Source: Octopus sinensis
Taxonomy: Eukaryota
Assembly (NCBI RefSeq): GCF_006345805.1
Contig: NC_043026.1
Location: 1,116,001-1,180,000, forward strand
DNA: 64,000 nt
Direction: 5' to 3'
The notes under the pieces were generated by a model. That model was not told the origin of the DNA and did no database searches. It was given only the letters and a program-made list of their open reading frames with translations. This document shows positions 49,645 through 62,300 of the stretch, one piece after another. How positions within the stretch are numbered: position 1 is the first letter of the stretch; each line of letters starts with the position of its first letter. Position numbers and translations under genes: made by a program.

Positions 49645-51420
49645 AATCATCGTCATCATCGTTTAACATCCACTTTCCATGCTGGCATGAGTTAGATGGT
49701 TTGACTGAGGGCTGGCAAGCTGGAAGTCGGTACCAGCCTCCAATCTGATCTAGCAAAGTTTCTACAGCTGGATGCCCTTCCTAATGCCAACCACTCCAAG
49801 AGTGTACTGGGTGCTTTTCATGTACCACCAGCAGGAGGGCCAGTCTGGCAGTACTGTCATCAGCCACGACAATGACTTCATTTAACTCAACAGGTCTTCA
49901 CAAGTGCAATTTATTTGCCCAAGATTGAAGGGTACTCTTAAATAGGCCAGTTATGCTGCACTGGCATAGGCCATGATTACGGTCTCATTTGGTTTGCTCT
50001 TCTTAAGCACAGCATATCTCCAAAGGTCTCGGTCACTTGTCATCACCTCCGTGAGGTCCAACGTTAGAAGGTCATGCTTCACCACCTCATCCCAGGTCTT
50101 CCTGGGTCTACCTCTATCAACTACTTGTAGTTTTTCGCCTTAAAATGTGACAGAAGCTGTTTTCTGCACATTTTCAGTGTTTATTGTCCCCACACACAAA
50201 AACTATCTTCCCAGTTTTCCTTCCTTTGATATTGCTGTACGTCTTATGTGTCCATAGCTTACACTGGGTACATCTTATGGTGTTCCAACCTATGTAGTGC
50301 GTTTGTTTGGTGTTCATTTTTTGACGGTCTTTTTTTAGTAGACATATTTTAATTAGGAATATCAGTAAGCAGGAGTGGAATGAAATTACAAAAGCTGTGT
50401 CAGTGCACAATTAGGGTTGTACCATTGCAGAATCTCTGTTGAAATAAATTAGGCAATAGCATAATAGGAGATATAGAGAAAGCATTGCACGTCGTGTGTT
50501 TGTTTTTTGACGATCTTTTTTAGTAGACATTTTTTTGATTAGAAATATCAGTAAGTAATAGTGCAATGAAATTATAAATGCTGTGTCCTGTCAATGTTAG
50601 TCAAAATCGTCCAACCCATGCTAGCCTTTGGTCACTAAACTCTGCTTGCGAAGACCTGTTGAGACAAGCGAAATCAAAATCAAATTCAATGACTAGCATC
50701 CGTGCTAGCAGGGTGCAAAGAGCACCATACAAGTGTGATTGTTGACAGAGTGGCTAACCGGCTTCTGTGCCAGTGGCACATAAAAGGGCACCATTCGAGT
50801 GTAATCGTTACCAGCATCGCCTTACTGGCACTTGTGCCCGTGCTTGTAAGGTGCCAAGGGCACCATTCGAGCATGATCATTACCTACTTCTTTACTACCC
50901 ACAAGGGGCTAAACACAGAGAGGATAAACAAGGACAGACAAATGGATTAAGTCAATTATATCGACCCCGGTGTGTAACTGGTACTTATTTAATCGACCCC
51001 GAAAGGATGAAAGGCAAAGTTGACCTTGGTGGAATTTGAACCCAGAACGTAACGGCAGACGAAATACCACTAAGCATTTCGCCTGGCGTGCTAACGATTC
51101 TGCCAGCTCGCCGCCTTATCATGATCATTAGCATGATCATTACCAATGTCGCCTTACTGGCACCTGTGCCGGTGGCATGTGTAAAAAGATTCGAGCGAGG
51201 TCATTGCCAGTACCGCCTGACTGGCCCCCGTGCCGGTGGCACATAAAAAGCACCCACTACACTCTCGGAGTGGTTGGCTTTAGGAAGGGCATCCAGCTGT
51301 AGAAACTCTGCCAGATCAAGATTGGAGCCTGGTGCAGCCATCTGGTTCGCCAGCCCTCAGTCAAAATCGTCCAACCCATGCTAGCATGGAAAGCGGATGT
51401 TAAACGAAGATGATGATGAT
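49645..51420. mobile_element. Nest of RTE-X-like 3' ends (minus 49645-50290, plus 50600-51420) with an inserted SINE D (50870-51118)
   Basis: Matches to 39895-40520 and 41010-41110; (GAT)n tail at 51407-51423. Confidence 0.7.
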
Positions 51421-51439
51421 GATTTTTATGTTTCAGATT

Positions 51440-52470
51440 CTATATGTGACTGTTTAATCATTCCATGTACAAAAGAAGCCTTGGAACTGTCTGAATTTCA
51501 TTCTGAAGGTGGATATAGTCAGCGTAAAATCGCAGAAAACCATGGGATCCTGCTTTCTACAGTTAATAGAGTGATTGTGCAGTTCACCAAAGAGGGGAAG
51601 GAGTCCACATCACCTTGTCCAGATCAACCAGGGCCCTCTGACAGGACCCTTCTCTTTGCTAAGAGAAGTGTGGAGGATAATCCTCATTGCAAGACCTCTG
51701 ACATAGCAGAGCAAGTTGATGTCAGTCCCAGAACAGCTGTCAGGAATCTCCACAAACTGGCAGAACAGGAAGAAGGAAGCCACATCTTTGACTATCCAAT
51801 ATGAAGTGGAGAAAAGAAGCCATTAGAATTTTGGGACACAGTCATATTCTGATGAGTCCAGATTTTCTGTATTTCCTAGCAGTGGTTGAGTGTGGGTCTG
51901 GAGACTGTAATCAAGAATTTGATGTCAAAAGATTGCAACCAGCAATGAAACACAGCAGCTATTCTGTGATGGTCTGGGAAGCAATTTGGAGCAATGGCTG
52001 ATCAGAGCTGGTGGAGTGTGAGGGAAAGATAAATTCAAATAAATGTGTCCATATTGCAATGGAATATGGGATTCCTTGTCACATGGTTAAAATGACCCAA
52101 GACTTGTTGGTAAAGAATGGCATTAGAAAGCTTCCATAGTCACCAGATATGAACCCTATAGAACACCTCTGGGGCGTAATGGACAGGACATTTCATAAAC
52201 AAAACAAGAAAGCATCTTCAAAGCCAGATCTTTCGAGATTATTACATGAAACTTAGCAAGAAATTCCGCAAGAGAATATTCACCATCTGATCAGTAAACA
52301 TGACTAATAGGGCCCTTGAATTGAAAAATGCAAAGGGCATGTCTACTAAATATTAAATGTTCGCATTATAACTACTAACAAATAATTTGGATATATAATT
52401 TCAGATTTAGATAAATTCTAATGCTTATAAGGGTGTCTATTTACTTCTTTCATATCTGTGTGTGTGTCTT
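51440..52470 (+). mobile_element. Tc1 (DD34E)-like transposon remnant
   Basis: HTH-like [36 protein letters not shown]; SDES; SPDMNPIEHLW near 52140-52175. Confidence 0.75.
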
Positions 52471-53202
52471 AGTTTTTTAGTTTACTTATACACATCAACA
52501 AATGTGCCAATTGAACAACTCTGTGTGGTTGTTCAGTTTGCTAGAAATAACAGCTTAATCTCTCTCATACTATGCTCTTGTTAGTATTAAGAAAAGATTT
52601 GGCTCTTAATTTTTTTTAAATGCTTTCGTCCATTACTTGATACAAGAAAAAAAAATTTGAAAAATCCTGACCAAAACAGAAAAATTGTAACTTAACAAAA
52701 AATATAGAAAGAGAAAGAAAAGGTAGTCTTCGAAAGCTAAAAGATGAGTTTTAGTTGAGGTGTAATTTTATAATTATAACAAATTCAAAATTTAAATTTT
52801 GGAACATAAGACAAGTTATCTGGTGTATGGCTGAATTCAAATGGGTAGAAGACCTAAAACAAATGTGTGTGGTTGGGCCTTTAATAACCAGGGGTCAGTT
52901 TAAGTTCAATTGTAGAAAGGAATTCAAATACCTATCAGCCACTCCCTCTCTCTCTCCCTCTCACTGCCTCTCTCTTTTGCTCAGTATCTTAATTTTCTCA
53001 TTAAGCTTGTTGTTGCTTTTGCCCAGTAGGCATCAGTATTGAAAAGCAGCAACTCAACACTTAGGTGGTGGTTTCAAATCTCTTCCAGAAATTACAAGAC
53101 ATCCAGTTAAAAATTTTTATTTAACAAACAAAATTTCTTTCAACAATTTCCTTCTCTTAAGCATTGAGTACATACAAAAAATAAATTAGTGTATTAATAT
53201 TA

Positions 53203-54205
53203 TTGATAATAACCCTTTCTATTATAGGAACAAGGCCTGAAATTTAGGGGAGGGGGATAGTTGATTACATCGACCCAAGTAGTCAAATGGTACTTAATTT
53301 ACCGACCCCGAAAGGATGAAAGGCAAGGTCGACCTTAGTGGAATTTGAACTTAGAATGTGAAGATGGATAAGATGCCGCTAAGCATGCTGTCAATTCTGC
53401 CAACTTACTGCTTTAATAATAATTTTTTCTAATTTTTTGGCAGAAGGTCAGAATTTTGAAGGGAGGAGGAATTTGATTCCATCAAGCCATGCTTGACTGG
53501 GTACAGTTATCAACTCTGATAGGATGAAAGGTAAAGTTGGCCATGAACAATTTGAATCCAAAGACAGATGAAGTGCCATTAAGTATTTTGCCCAGCATGC
53601 TAACGAATCTATCAGCTTGCAGCCTTTCCCATAATAATTCCAAACTTTGGCACAAAGCCATCAGGTTTTGCCTTGAATGAAAGGTAAAGTCAACCTCAAC
53701 AGAATTTGAACTCAGAATGTAAAGACAGACAAAACGCCACTAAGTGTGCAAACAATTCTACCAGCTTGCAGCCTCAACAACAACAGTTTCTAAATTAGAC
53801 ATCAGACCTACAATACAGGGTTAGCTGAGTATATGGATCCAAGTTAATATACCCAACTGACTAGTACTTTATTAGCCTGAAAGAAGGGCAAAGTTGACCC
53901 TAGCGGAATTTAAATGCAGAACATAAAAATAGCTAAAACAAGTACCACAAGCATTTTGTCCAATGCTCTAATCCTGTCAATCCACCACCCTTGGAATAAT
54001 AATAATCCTTTCTACTACAGACACAAGGCCTAAAATTTAGGGGAGGGAGATAGTCGTTTACATCAACCCCAGTGTTTCACTGGTACTTAATTTATCGACC
54101 CTGAAAGGATGAAAGGTAAAGTTGAACTCAGAACGTAGTGACAGGCAAAATACTGCTAAGCATTTTGCCCAGTGTGCTAACGATTCTGCCAGCTCACCAC
54201 CTTAA
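53203..54205 (-). mobile_element. Head-to-tail stack of ~5 SINE family D copies separated by (TAA)n
   Basis: Repeated GACCCCGAAAGGATGAAAGGCAAAGT..GGAATTTGAACTCAGAA unit of ~200 bp; further copies at 50870-51118 and 63880-64000. Confidence 0.75.
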
Positions 54206-54219
54206 TAATAATAATAATA

Positions 54220-54772
54220 TGCCATAAGTATGGATATGAGGTTACAGGTACTTGGTACCAACATACACCAGAAAAGGTAATGGACAAAAAGAGAAAGGTA
54301 AAAATCCTCTGAGACTTTGACTTCCAGACAGATAAAGTGTTAGAGTACTGAAGGTTGGATATATAGTAACCTTTACGTGGGACAAACAAGAGGCCCTAAT
54401 AATTGAGATGGCAGTGCCAGAAGATCAACACATCATCAGGAAAGAAAGAGAAAAGGTTGATAAACATGGAAACCTGAGAATTGAGATCGCTAAGATGAAG
54501 CAGCTACGAGAGTCAAACATAAAGGTCATCCCTGTTGTCATTGGAGCACTGGGTTCAATACCACCCAATCTGAAAATACATCTGAAAATCTTAGAAATAC
54601 CCTACAATCTAGATGTCGGCATACTTGTAATTGCACACATATTGCATAAAGTACTGTCTGTCTGAGGTCCTTGTTGAGACTTGACAAACAGTACAAACCC
54701 CTGATAGACACAATATCTTCAATCAACAATGTCATGATATTGTATACTATGGGACATTTATAATAATAATGT
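54220..54772 (+). mobile_element. R4/Dong-like non-LTR 3' end (restriction-like endonuclease) between (TAA)n tracts
   Basis: KIL*DFDFQTDK..LDIV..ALIIEMAVPEDQHIIRKEREK..VIPVVIGALG; TAATAATAAT on both sides. Confidence 0.75.
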
Positions 54773-55139
54773 TTTCTTTTCTTTACTAACTACTAAGAGT
54801 TCACCAAAAACATTGTGGACAGTACAGGATAATACAATATGGAATTACATAAAAAGCATGTAAAAAGTAAAACCAACAGTAACAATATAAATTTTAACAA
54901 TGACCTTGACTCAAGACTATTAAAAAGGTTGCAAGACAACGAAAATTTTAGGAAAATAAAAATAAGAAATAAGTTGAAATTTTACTGGTGAGTGTGTTAA
55001 ATTATAAGGCACAAAAAGAAAATGACTCTCCCCAGACACAACAGAATATGCTTCAACACACAAACTCAAAGAATCTTGCAAACCAAATCCAAAAACAAAA
55101 TATTTTAATGAATAATTCCTCAAAAAAAGTCAACTTTCT

Positions 55140-56530
55140 AGGGCTAATTGTGGAAAGCCCACAAAACCACAGTGACCTTGACCTCTAGGGCAGGTGCCCT
55201 TTCTACATTGTCCACACACATGCTTAAAGTAGGCCCATTTACTTGGACCATTCTTGTCACATTCACCCACCTTTCATCAAAATTGCTGGATGGCAATACT
55301 TTTCTTTCTACCTTCACCTGTTCACGTGAAACTTGAAAAAGTTGACAAGGTCTTGGCCAAAGAGGAAAGTATCTGCCTTCAGCCCTCTTTCGGTAAGGCC
55401 ACCAAAGATACACTGATTGCCCTTTTAGCCTAAAGGAAGGTGGTGGAACAATCTTCACAATAGACCCAACCAATAGTTGGATCTGTCCTACATGTGACAG
55501 CAGGTGTTCAACATAGACCTCCAAGTCTGCAACAGTCAGGCACTGGACTAGAGTGTGCAGAATAATTTAGTCACTCTGCATACATCTTCGGCAAGCCCAG
55601 CTGACAGCACTTTCATGCCAGTAGAGTTTATCTCGAACTAGCAATGCGCACCCCATGCACATTCAGTAGTACTACCAGGTCAAGGAATTATGGAAATTAC
55701 CTACACAAAACGTCCAGGTGGAACTCCTAATAACCATATTGCCTGATAGAGGACTGTAAGCAGCTGACAACACTCTAGATGTACCAGGTGCCCCGCTCAG
55801 ATTATACTTGATCCAAGACTGCAGCTGATTCAAAGAGACAAACTGTGGAGGAGCGAGTCTGACAAACGGTGACCACTCCTGCTCAAGGAAGCACTGGAGA
55901 TATTGCAGTCTCAGTGCATATCTGTGCATCAACAGGCATGGTGTTCATCGATCAAATGTAAACCAGGGCAGGACACAGCAATCAGGCAGTAGTATTGTGG
56001 TGTAGTATTGTGGATGTGGTGTAAGCATTTGCCACCTTCACATGGCCTTTCAAAGATAACTTTCTCTTGGCTCATTTCAGAGGGAGTTATCCACCCTGCT
56101 TGTCACTTTGTCCCAGTTGTTCTTCACCTGAATATCTGGAGCAAACCAGACTGAGCAATTTAACTGGTTCCTCCGTCCAGTATCCCACAACTTTATTGCA
56201 TGGCATGGACTTACCTCTCCAAGTGCTGAGCTGCAGGTTCACTGACTTTTTTTGATTAATTTTTGCTCCAGTCACTGACTTGTGTTGTTTTAGAGCGATG
56301 CCAATCAGGTTCACATGCCCTGGTGTTTGACACTGTGACAGTGATGTAGTCCGCATATGCTGATACAGTTCCCCCATGTCCTAGTTTGCACAGGATGCCT
56401 CTCAACACCTCCAATTTCTGCAGTAGTGGCTCTAGAGCCAGTAGATTCAGAAGAGATGAGAGGAGTCACTTTTGATGAACCAAATGCATTATACTGAATG
56501 GTTTCAATAGGTAACCATTCACCCAAACTA
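55140..56530 (-). mobile_element. L1/Tx1-like LINE ORF2 remnant
   Basis: Minus GAKINQKKSVNLQLSTWRGK..WTEEPVKLL, resembling the Tx1 RT C-terminus; degraded. Confidence 0.55.
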
Positions 56531-56639
56531 CCGAGCAGACATCGCTGTACATTGAAGTTATCCAGCCATGGAAAACAAGACCAAAACCAACTGCCAAGTA
56601 AGTTTCTCAGGGATAGACTAGTGTGTACCGTGGATGGCA

Positions 56640-57460
56640 GGTTGTTCAGTCAAAAGGCAGTTCAAGCAATCACTTTTCTAACCTGATGTCATGGGTTTTC
56701 TTGTGTTGTTTACCAGCTTTCGTGCTTCCCAGGTGCAGTCGTTTAGCTATGGATGGCAGAGAGCCATCTGTCTCTAATGCATGTTATTTCGTTTTGTATG
56801 TATGTGGCTTACATACAAAATGAAATATCACACATAAGAGACAGATGCAGTGAAGTAACCAACAAAGCTACCAACACCAAGCGATTCCTCAAGAACTTAG
56901 CACACAACAGCTATCCACATTCCACAGCTAAACAACTGCATCTGCAAAGCACAAAAGGAGGTAAACAACAGGAGAAAACCCATAACATCAGGTCAGAAAA
57001 GTGCTTCTTTAGACTGCCCTACTTCAATGACAGAATAGTAGCTATCCAACATGCCAGCTACAGAGAGGGATTTCATATACAGCTGGTACACACCAGTCCA
57101 TCCCTGAGGAAAGTTCTGTCGAGAAAAAACACCAGAGAACACCATGGGATGCATACTCACCAACTGCCCCCTTAATGACATCAAAACATGCTCAAGGGCC
57201 TATGTAGTTTATGAGGTAGTCTGTGATAAATGTGGAGCACCCTACATAGGGAGCACCACTAAGGAACTACACATCCATATAAAAGAGTATATGCAGACAG
57301 ACACTTCAAGAAGTGCCAAACCTGGAACTTTAAAGTTTCCATCAAGGCAACCCAATGCAACGGGGGCAATTTCAGAATTATTGAAACCCTCCTTATAAAC
57401 AAATTGAAACCAGCCATTAACAACAGAAAGGAACTATATGAAGCAGACTGGTTGCTATAG
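56640..57460 (+). mobile_element. Penelope-like element 3' remnant (thumb + GIY-YIG)
   Basis: FFRLPYF..; CILTNCP..CSRAYVVYEVVCDKCGAPYIGST..LKPAINNRKE. Confidence 0.75.
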
Positions 57461-57572
57461 CAACAGCCAAATTTTTTTTAAATCTGAGTTAGTTTTGGTT
57501 TTCAACTAAAATCAAAAGTATTCGAATAATTTCAATTTGGAGGCTAAAAATGAACTTGGGAATATTTTTTAA

Positions 57573-57875
57573 GCATATGGCTCAGTGGTAAGAATGTTGG
57601 TCTCACAAACATGAGGTAGTGAGTTCAATTCCCAGACTGGGCTGTGTTGTGTTCTTGAGCAAGACACACTATTTTGTGTTGCTCCAGTTCATTCAGCTGT
57701 AGAAATAAATTGCAACGTCACTGATGTCTTTGGACAACATCAGTGGTATGGAGAAGGGAGGCTGGTGTGCATGAGCAACTGCTGGTCTTCCTCAAACAAA
57801 TTTCCCAGACTTGTGCTTCAGAGGTGAACTTTCTAGGTACAATTCCATGGTCATTCATGACTGAAGGAGGTCTTT
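57573..57875 (+). mobile_element. SINE family B
   Basis: GCATATGGCTCAGTGGTAAG..GAGTTCAATTCCC head; reverse complement of 8369-8700. Confidence 0.75.
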
Positions 57876-58335
57876 ATTCTCAGTGAATTACATTAAGACT
57901 ATGACATGGGTTTTCTTTTAGTTGAATAATGATCACGAGCAGGTTATTGAATAGTTGAAAAAAAAAAGTAAGGACTTAATTTCCAAGTGAAAAAGTATAT
58001 AATTTCTTTCTAATCATATGATTGTCATGTACACTTTGAAAAACATACTTCTGCAAAATTCCTTTAAAAAAATATATGGCCTGGCTATGTGGTTAAGAAG
58101 CTCACTTTGCAACTATCTGGCTTCAGCTTCAGTCCCAGTGTGACACCTTGAGTGTCTTATACTATAGCCCTGACCTAAGGAAACTAAAAGAAGCCTTCAT
58201 GTATACATATGTGTATGTTTGTGTGGAGGTGCTTGACCTAGTGGTTACGGTGTTGCACTCACAATCATGAGGTCATAAGTCTTGATATTTCCTTGGATGA
58301 CACCATCTCTTCATGAGGCCAATTGAATTGAATTT

Positions 58336-58394
<59 letters not shown>

Positions 58395-58399
<5 letters not shown>

Positions 58400-58990
58400 T
58401 CATCGTCGTCATTTAGCATCTGCTTTCCATGCTGGCATGAGTTAGATGGTTTGACTGAAACTGGGGAGCTACACTAGGTTCCAATCCGATTTAGCAATGT
58501 TTCTACAGATGGATGCCCTTCCTACGCCAACCACTCCAAGATTGTAATGGATGCTCTTTATGTGCCACTGACACAGGTGCCAGTTATGCAACACCAGCAT
58601 TTGCCACAACTACAATTTCATTTGGCTTGACAGGTCTTCTGAAGCATATCGCCAAAGGTCTCAGTCACTTATCATTGCCTCCATGAAGCCCAATGTTCAA
58701 AGGATGCTTTTTATGTGCCAGCGGCTAGGGTACCCGTCACACACCACCAGCACCAGCCACCACAATGATTCCACTTGGCTTGATGGGTCTTCTCAAGCAC
58801 GATATATCGCGTCTTTGTGTCTATGTTTGTTCACCACTGCTTGACAACCGGTGTTGGTGTGCTTACATACCTGTAACTTAGCGGTTCGCCATAAGTCACC
58901 GATAGAAAAGTACTGGGGTCAATTCATTCAACTAAAATTCTTCAAAGCAGTGCCCTAACATGGCCGCAGCCTAATGACTTAAACAAGAAA
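58395..58990. mobile_element. RTE-X-like 3' UTR (minus, 58395-58810) abutting a SINE A 3' half (plus)
   Basis: Similarity to 39895-40330 and 21760-21950. Confidence 0.65.
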
Positions 58991-60058
58991 AAAAAATAGA
59001 GATAAATAGTGGGGTTTTGTGTAGGGTGCGGAAAACTGGTCTGAAAGACATCAGACGAGACGTGAGAAATAGCAGCCAAAGTTTTCCCCTCAGATCACAC
59101 AACCTACTATTTTATTTGTGTGTGCACGCGTATGTTTGTCTGTGTGAGAGAGAGAGAGGGCCAACGCGGGAGAAACATGTCTAAGCTAGAACTGTTAGAA
59201 ATAGCAGCCAAATCTACCCATATCACGCCCTATTTTTGTCTTAGAAAACGATACACTGGATTACGATATCCTAAGTTTCCTGAACACAGAGTAAAAACGA
59301 CAGTAAAAGTTTACCAAAACGAGATGATCACAGTTGAAAATGCTTTTGAACACAAGTCTTTACAATATATACGTACGTGCGAACTAGGCAGCGTCTACGT
59401 GGTTGCTAGATCTGTTAGAAATAGCAGCTAAATTTCTTTCAGATGGTGTATATTACGATTATATAGCAATTTAATATGTTAAAACATTGATGGACTCGTA
59501 CATATACATATTGACACAACTCACAATTTCTTTTTTTCTTTGAAAATTCAAGTTTTATTTTGTGATATCTGTCAATATGTTTGTGTGCCAGCTTTTTTTT
59601 TTTTTTTCGCATATCAAACTCCGATATAATGATACAATATACCATCTGAAAAGAATTTATAGAAAATTTCATTAAAAAAATATCCATTTGTGGGAAAGTT
59701 ATGAGGAAACAAAAGCAACACGTGTAACTTTTCCAAAACTCCTCTCCACACCCTCGAAAAAACTTTTTCATAACAAATTGATATAATCAGAATCTACACC
59801 ATCTGAAATATATTTGCAGAAAATTTCATCAAAGAAATATCCATTTTTCTGGTTTAGGGAGACACTATTACCTCTATATATGTATGTATGGAGCCAGCGA
59901 GGGAGACCTCTTCATGATAGCTACAAATAAAAACCAAATCTCCTAAGCGAACTTCTCAGCCGTTCGGCCACGATACATCCAGAATATATAGAAGTTTTAG
60001 GACTCCTTTGCTTAAAAAAAAAAAACGAATCAGACGTGTACTTCGTCAAATACATTTT

Positions 60059-60466
60059 GGATCTTTTCGGTTTGAACGGCAGTTTTTTCTAGCAGTGTCA
60101 TATGGAATTGTCACCCATAATTATGGCCCTAGTATCGATCTATTGCATTTCAATCTATTTTAGATTTAGGGTTAGGGGGAAGGGTATCTTTTTTTCTTCA
60201 GAAATGTAAATAAACCCAATGTGTTTCTTAAACGAGGGACATATTCATACGGCACATAATGTTTTCACCTCAATAGACGTCATTGATTGGTTGAAATTGC
60301 AGAAATTGAAGAAAAACAACAAATATCTTACAAACTATAGCATTTTCTCAATAAAGCCAAGAGAAAAAGATGTTTTATAAACACATTCTACCAGTATACG
60401 AAGTTTAAAAGTGTTTAGTTACGTGGAAATTATTAAAAAAAACTGCCGTTGAAACCGAAAGGATCC
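60059..60466. mobile_element. 408-bp MITE with ~29-bp TIRs and 8-bp TSD
   Basis: TIR GGATC(T/C)TTTCGGTTT(G/C)AACGGCAGTTTTT; TACATTTT at 60051-60058 and 60467-60474. Confidence 0.9.
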
Positions 60467-61185
60467 TACATTTTGTATGGGTAGGCATGTACAATAAACA
60501 CGAGGGAGAGAGAGGAAAAAATGAAACAAACAGATTAAAATATAAAACCACACTGTCAACCCACTTTTGATTGAGGGCCGCAGCACTTCTCCAACAATGG
60601 AGTCACACTTTTTCTTCAAGTTGAAAAAAAGTGTTTGTCAGAGATATAGAGGTCCTCCTCACTTCTTTCAAATGCGTTCATCAATTATACATACATATTT
60701 TCCATTCGATTTCTGAATAAACTAAACCCACACACATTGTATTAGCCTGGGCTTTCTCATGGTCCCTTGATCCAGCGCCTCTCCAACAAAATTATTTTTC
60801 ATCCAAGATTGACAACGTTCAAGTATTAAGGGAGCAATACCAGACCCTCGCATCAAATTTCCCCAGTGCCTATAGTTAAAAACTATTACAGTAATTATTA
60901 GAAAAATAAAAGCGGCAGGCAGGTTCTTCACATTCACATACCGAAAATCCGGGATAGATAAAATAAAGTACCAGTCAAGAAGCAGAAGAAAGACTGCTAG
61001 GACCAAATGTCTCCGAATCGACACAAAAATAAAGCAGTGGGGATAAAATTACATTGAGTAAAATAGTGAAATTAGTAATAACAATAAAGAAATAACTGAC
61101 AAATTAAAACATAAACAAAAAAGACTTTCCGATCTGTTTGGGGCAAACTTGAAGGGACTGGCACAAAATAAAAAAAATTACTCAC

Positions 61186-61311
61186 CTCGTCAAAGTCTGC
61201 CAGCCTAACATTGGCTCTGCTGTTCATGTTGACGGTCTCCATCATCAGATAGAGAGAGACACATATGACGAAAAAGAAGAGAGAGCCCCACAGGGCCATA
61301 TACTTCTTCAT
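61186..61311 (-). CDS. MAN2A1: Golgi alpha-mannosidase II, coding exon 1 (cytoplasmic tail + type II signal anchor)
   Basis: Encodes MKKYMALWGSLFFFVICVSLYLMMETVNMNSRANVRLADFDE (42 aa). The hydrophobic anchor has the SLYLM motif of MAN2A1/MAN2A2 N-termini. ATG context is CCAAGATGA; phase-0 donor GAG|GTGAGT at 61185. The symbol denotes the family; MAN2A1 versus MAN2A2 orthology cannot be resolved. Confidence 0.85.
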
Positions 61312-62300
61312 CTTGGAGCAGGCCAACAGGGGGCGGAAGACACAGTCCAGAAGGTCAGCGGAGCCAGGAGGGCCTCCGCCGCCACCCAACCACGAAGTTG
61401 ACCTCGCAGTGTTAAAACGCGACGACTGCGCGGACATAGGATATGGATAAGAGTTAATGTGAGACAGATATGTATGTGAGGATAAGCTTTTCTGACTCTG
61501 GTGATAGCAGCAGTAGCAGTAGTGATGGCCTTATTATGATTATTGTGATTGCTGTGATGGCAGTAGTGGTTTAGTAGAGAGTGTCAGTTGCTGTTGTAGT
61601 GTTATGAAAAAGGTCGGTAACGTGGCAAACGTTGTGGCGGCTGTTGTTATTTACGATGTTCCCGGTGTGTTGCTGTTGACTAATGTGACGATGAAAGCGA
61701 CTGAAGGAGTGAACGAGTGGTTGTTAGTGACGGCGAATGTAGATACTTTTTGTGTGTGCTTTTGTAATAGAATTTGTGGAAGTGGCGGAGGCGATATTGA
61801 TAACAGTATCTGTAATGATAGTGTAGATTGTAGTGGTGGAGGACACGCTGCAGGGGCGGCGGTGGGTCGTGATGACAGCAAAGACCAGTGGTATGTATAT
61901 ATATGGTGGTTGTAGGGGAGTATAGACAAACGACGTGAAGAGACCTCTCTCTTTAAGATGGAGTTTTTAGCAGCAGCATATGGTCTCTTCGGTCCCCCCC
62001 TTGTCTGTGATTGTTGATCGTAACGGTTGTTGAATGCTTGGAGGAAGTGAAGAATTAATTTAAGAAGAGCTTTGAAATATCTGACCAGCTCACGGGACAA
62101 ACTTCCAAAAGAGGGGAAGAAAAAAGATGGACAGAGTAAAGTGGTGTGAAGTAGATTGGACGGACTAGAAGAGAGCGGCAGGTCGCCGGTTAACCCTAAC
62201 CTCAACCTTGGTGTTCAAACGAGAAAATCAGAGCGAAGTCAGCAAACAGGAAAATATATGGGAGCAGACAGATGGCTCTGAAAGCAAAAGAGGCGCTGGT
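61312..62300 (-). promoter_or_regulatory. Probable 5' UTR/promoter region of the mannosidase gene
   Basis: Lies immediately upstream of exon 1, is locally CpG/GC-richer than the introns and has no recognisable TEs. TSS not identifiable. Confidence 0.4.

Noticed and set aside
57573-57650. tRNA genes at SINE heads (also 8620-8700, 33490-33570)
   Set aside because: A/B-box-like heads continue into SINE bodies and there is no complete cloverleaf.
61651-62205. 184-aa minus ORF and the overlapping 103-aa plus ORF
   Set aside because: Non-ATG start for the long ORF, low complexity, no recognisable domain; likely a by-product of compositional skew.
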